A stretch of 64,000 bases of DNA, taken from NCBI GenBank assembly GCA_048886685.1, contig JBHLKM010000002.1, positions 295,532-359,531 of the forward strand, written 5' to 3'. Below the pieces are notes generated by a model. It was not told the DNA's origin. It was given only the letters and a program-made list of their open reading frames with translations, and ran no database searches. Positions within the stretch are counted from its first letter, which is position 1; each line of letters begins with the position of its first letter. Shown here in pieces: positions 60,789 through 64,000 of this stretch. The position numbers and the translations under genes were made by a program. The stretch is from Candidatus Hodarchaeota archaeon (GTDB taxonomy: Archaea; Asgardarchaeota; Lokiarchaeia; Sigyniarchaeales; SOKP01).

Positions 60789-62471
60789 CTAATCTATCTC
60801 TCGTAGAATATCTTGATTCAAAGAGGTTTTATAGGAATCATAAAAGATCGAAGCATATTTTTTATAGAACTCTTCCTTTTTAGAAAGAACTAAGTTTTTA
60901 GCTTCAAAATCAGCTTTACCTTTTGACCAGAATATCGAACCTTGAGTATTAAAATTAAAGTTCTCTTGCTTTTTAATTATCTCTCCTGATTTAATTACAT
61001 ATTCAATGTCGGATAATCCTCTTTTAAAATCTTCATACTGCTTAGATATGTCTATTTCTAAAATATTTATATCCAAAATATTAATGTCTGCATCTGTTTC
61101 GACACTAAGATTGCCTTTAATGCTTCCAAGACCCAACGATCTTGCAGGACCAGCTCTTGTTAGGGTGATAAAATCAGAAAAACTAAGGGAGGTGTTTTCA
61201 TCATTTAATGAATTGTCTTTAAGAAAATCTTCATTCATACCTTTCATAAAATTGTCTCTAGCTTTTTTACTTATTAGCCAAGATGCGATTTCTGGTATAT
61301 TACTTATGTTAGCGTAATTAGGGTAATTTAATGAAAAACATATTTGAGATTTATCTTTAACTTTAAGAGCTAGATCCAATGCGTTTCCCCATAGTATACA
61401 ATCGTGATAATTCTTCTTATCTAAAGTTCTCATTGAAACAAATGAATCTCCTTCAAATTCAACTGCTGAGCTTATTAATTTATACTGCTTTTCGAATGCA
61501 TCCATAGTTAACATAGAATTTATCAGTCGCCTATCTGAAGTGATAAGAGGATTTATTTCATTAAAGGCAACAAAACCTAAACCTATACTGAAATTTGGAT
61601 TATTATTTAGAAAATTAATTAAATCTTCATTACTTCCATCATAGGCATAAGAATTCGCGTGAGCTATATGGAAAATTTGATTACGCTTGATATCTGAATT
61701 GGTTTGTTGATTTGCTTTTAAATTTAATGATTTTATTCTTTCTAGAATTATGAAGAGATTTTTCTTACCAATTTCGTTTTCATATCCATCAATATGAGCA
61801 TGAACCGAATGTGGTAAACCCATTGATTCTACACATCTCACCACATTTTCATAGACATCTAAAACAGAATAATTGTATAATCTACCTTGTTTGGATAAAT
61901 CTTCTCTTAATTCTTTAAAATCCCATGTCTCACATTCAAAAGGATTATAGACTTTAAATCCAAATCCATATGTTTTAGATAAGAGATCCGAGAGAAAAAT
62001 TGCCATATCCTTAATTTTTCCCCTTTGAAACTCTAGTTCAAGAGGCCAGAAATTACTGATATTTAATAACATTGCCTTATCTAATACTGGTAATTGTTGA
62101 AAGTTGAAAATTGTCTGTTTTGCTAATGATGGAAATACATTGGCTTCAAGTATAAAAGTGTAACCCATCGAAATATATTCTTTAGCAATATTTTCTAATG
62201 TTAATCCCTGCCACAGTTCTTTAAATGAATTATTTTTAGATCCTAATAATCTTGCCCAATTAACTTGCTGAGAAGCAACATGGGTATGAATATCGATAGC
62301 TGAAGGAATGACTGTTTTCCCAGTTGCATCGATTTCTTTTACATCTTTATTATTGGTAAATTTATCTACAATTTTGCCTGATTCTACCAAGATATCTTTC
62401 TTTTCACCCTCAATCTCATTGATGGGGTCATAAATTAGTCCATTTTTAATTATGAGTTTATTTGCTTCCAT
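60789..62471 (-). CDS. fwdA: Formylmethanofuran dehydrogenase subunit A-like amidohydrolase (divergent)
   Basis: IKNGLIYDP, DIHTH, KVYNP, GLPHSVHAH, TRAGPARSLG; order B-D-A. Confidence 0.85.
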   Translation of the reverse strand: MEANKLIIKNGLIYDPINEIEGEKKDILVESGKIVDKFTNNKDVKEIDATGKTVIPSAIDIHTHVASQQVNWARLLGSKNNSFKELWQGLTLENIAKEYISMGYTFILEANVFPSLAKQTIFNFQQLPVLDKAMLLNISNFWPLELEFQRGKIKDMAIFLSDLLSKTYGFGFKVYNPFECETWDFKELREDLSKQGRLYNYSVLDVYENVVRCVESMGLPHSVHAHIDGYENEIGKKNLFIILERIKSLNLKANQQTNSDIKRNQIFHIAHANSYAYDGSNEDLINFLNNNPNFSIGLGFVAFNEINPLITSDRRLINSMLTMDAFEKQYKLISSAVEFEGDSFVSMRTLDKKNYHDCILWGNALDLALKVKDKSQICFSLNYPNYANISNIPEIASWLISKKARDNFMKGMNEDFLKDNSLNDENTSLSFSDFITLTRAGPARSLGLGSIKGNLSVETDADINILDINILEIDISKQYEDFKRGLSDIEYVIKSGEIIKKQENFNFNTQGSIFWSKGKADFEAKNLVLSKKEEFYKKYASIFYDSYKTSLNQDILREID

Positions 62472-62484
62472 ATTATTTATGATA

Positions 62485-62874
62485 TTATTTTTTTATAATG
62501 GTTTTTAACAAGTCTTTTATATCTAAAACAGTTTCTCTGGTTGCCTCAGCGTTAGTTTTAAGGTTTTTTAATATTAATATTTCATTATTGATTCCTGTTA
62601 GTTGGTTTGCCCAAATTGAAACAGGCATTACTACTGTCCCCAATGGAATTCTTTCATCTTGTTTTACTTTAACTATCGCTTCTCCATTCTCATTTGATAA
62701 TTTTAAGTTCGAGTCTGAGGTTAACTTGAGCTTATTGAAATCTTTGGGATTTATGATACCAATTGCGAGATTTTCTTTTAGTGAATTATCATCCCCAAAA
62801 GAATATTCTTTTACTTGATCATAGTCAACCATTCTCACAGTATTTAATATCATTTCCATTTTTCTAACCTCCAT
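62485..62874 (-). CDS. fwdD: Formylmethanofuran dehydrogenase subunit D-like
   Basis: Molybdopterin-dinucleotide-binding fold: INPKD, GTVVMPVSIWANQL. Confidence 0.8.
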   Translation of the reverse strand: MEVRKMEMILNTVRMVDYDQVKEYSFGDDNSLKENLAIGIINPKDFNKLKLTSDSNLKLSNENGEAIVKVKQDERIPLGTVVMPVSIWANQLTGINNEILILKNLKTNAEATRETVLDIKDLLKTIIKK

Positions 62875-64000
62875 TTAAGCCTTCAATCAACTTAGAAAGA
62901 ATCTCTTCGTCAGAGATTATATTATTTGGTGGATTTATTATCTGTTTTAATTCTATTGGCACATGGTCTAACCGATAAGCTAATCCTCCACATTCAATAC
63001 CAGTAACAGCTGAAGGAATGCTTACTTCAGCTACATTCAGGGTTGCTGACTTCTTATTATCAATAAGAATTATTGGTTTTGAAGCCAATTTCTTGCTAAG
63101 TTTCCATGGTAGATGTGAAATAGGGTCTGATCCAACAATTATAGAACAATCAAATTCGTTGTTATTAATTTTTGAGATTATTGTATTTGATGTGTCAACC
63201 AATTGATTATCAGAAAATTGTAAACTATGGTTTTTTCCTAATAAGGCTAAAGCAACATGGTCAAAACCAGTCATATTATAATGCCCTCCTAACATCATAA
63301 CTGCCATTCGACCTTTTTTTTGTTTCACATTTATCATTTGAACTAGTTCAAGTAATTCTTGTATTACATCAGGCTCTTTTGATGAACCTAAAATTCCTTG
63401 ACCAATGAAAATTATCCCATATTCAGTGTTTGTTAACTGAATTAATAACCTCCTTAAATCATCTTTGTCGATACCAGCAACACCAGATGATGGAATACTA
63501 TCAGTTGTACAACATTCTTCCTTTAAAGCCCGTATTAGCTCAATATCTTTTCCAGAATCAACTTTTAAAGCAATATCACGAACACCCATAACTCCAAAAG
63601 ATGCGGTTTTAACAGGATCTATAATAATTACTGTTTTTATTTCTCGTCCAGTCATTCTGAATTTTCCCCGTGAAAAAAGTACTTTATTTAATAAACGAGG
63701 TATTGATTCTGCTACATTAGCACCCCAAAATATCAATAAATCTGCTTTATTAATTGCTTCTGAAATTGTCGTCAATGTTATTCCTGTTTGTTTTGTAGCA
63801 TTAAGAACCTTACCTTGGCAAATTATGGAATTAGAATCAATAAATCCATTAATTAATTTAGCTAATTCAATTCCTTTTAACTGGGCCTGAGAACTGACAG
63901 TAGAAAAACCATATAACAACGGTTTAGATGAACTTTTTATGATTTCAATTGCTTTTCTCAAAGCTTTTTCAAGTGAAACCTTGGCCGTTTCACCGTTGTT
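62864..64000 (-). CDS. fwdB: Formylmethanofuran dehydrogenase subunit B-like, 5' end outside the window
   Basis: Frame open to the window edge; PLLYG, ADLLIFWGAN, GHYNMTG, GIECGGLAYRLDHVPI. Confidence 0.88.
   Translation of the reverse strand, partial: NNGETAKVSLEKALRKAIEIIKSSSKPLLYGFSTVSSQAQLKGIELAKLINGFIDSNSIICQGKVLNATKQTGITLTTISEAINKADLLIFWGANVAESIPRLLNKVLFSRGKFRMTGREIKTVIIIDPVKTASFGVMGVRDIALKVDSGKDIELIRALKEECCTTDSIPSSGVAGIDKDDLRRLLIQLTNTEYGIIFIGQGILGSSKEPDVIQELLELVQMINVKQKKGRMAVMMLGGHYNMTGFDHVALALLGKNHSLQFSDNQLVDTSNTIISKINNNEFDCSIIVGSDPISHLPWKLSKKLASKPIILIDNKKSATLNVAEVSIPSAVTGIECGGLAYRLDHVPIELKQIINPPNNIISDEEILSKLIEGLNGG

Noticed and set aside
1-64000. Mobile elements, tRNA (including tRNA-Sec) and rRNA
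   Set aside because: No transposase or integrase ORF and no GC-rich cloverleaf or rRNA-like segment recognised by eye; a tRNAscan-SE/Secmarker run would be decisive.

Overview
AT-rich archaeal chromosomal segment, most consistent with an Asgard archaeon of the Lokiarchaeia type. This is an inference from the H4MPT/methanofuran enzymes, archaeal CdhA, Hdr/Mvh/FrhB paralogues and a eukaryote-style SECIS candidate. The centre (9-31 kb) is a dense redox island: three HdrA paralogues, an HdrD-like protein, MvhD, four FrhB-family proteins, a group-3-type [NiFe]-hydrogenase and an Mtd fusion. The ORF track splits one gene. 22414..24465 (-) is a single 683-codon HdrA with four in-frame UGA codons, each at a conserved Cys position, followed by a SECIS-like hairpin whose AUGA core contains the real stop codon. 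It is probably a four-selenocysteine HdrA. Three redox proteins carry winged-helix domains, two of them with degenerate Fe-S sites, and one (wHTH-HdrA-MvhD) is translationally coupled to a hydrogenase lacking a C-terminal extension, suggesting redox/H2-sensing regulators. At 33.8-47 kb a NifX-like/MinD-ferredoxin/Mrp/IscU/radical-SAM/DUF134 cluster and a stand-alone cdhA share a 14-bp operator-like palindrome. Also present: two-component genes, a REC-Lrp fusion, gdhA, lpdA, feoAB with a DtxR-type site, a corrinoid/methyltransferase pair, a divergent fwdBDA, and several small pseudogenes. No rRNA, tRNA, CRISPR array or transposase was recognised.
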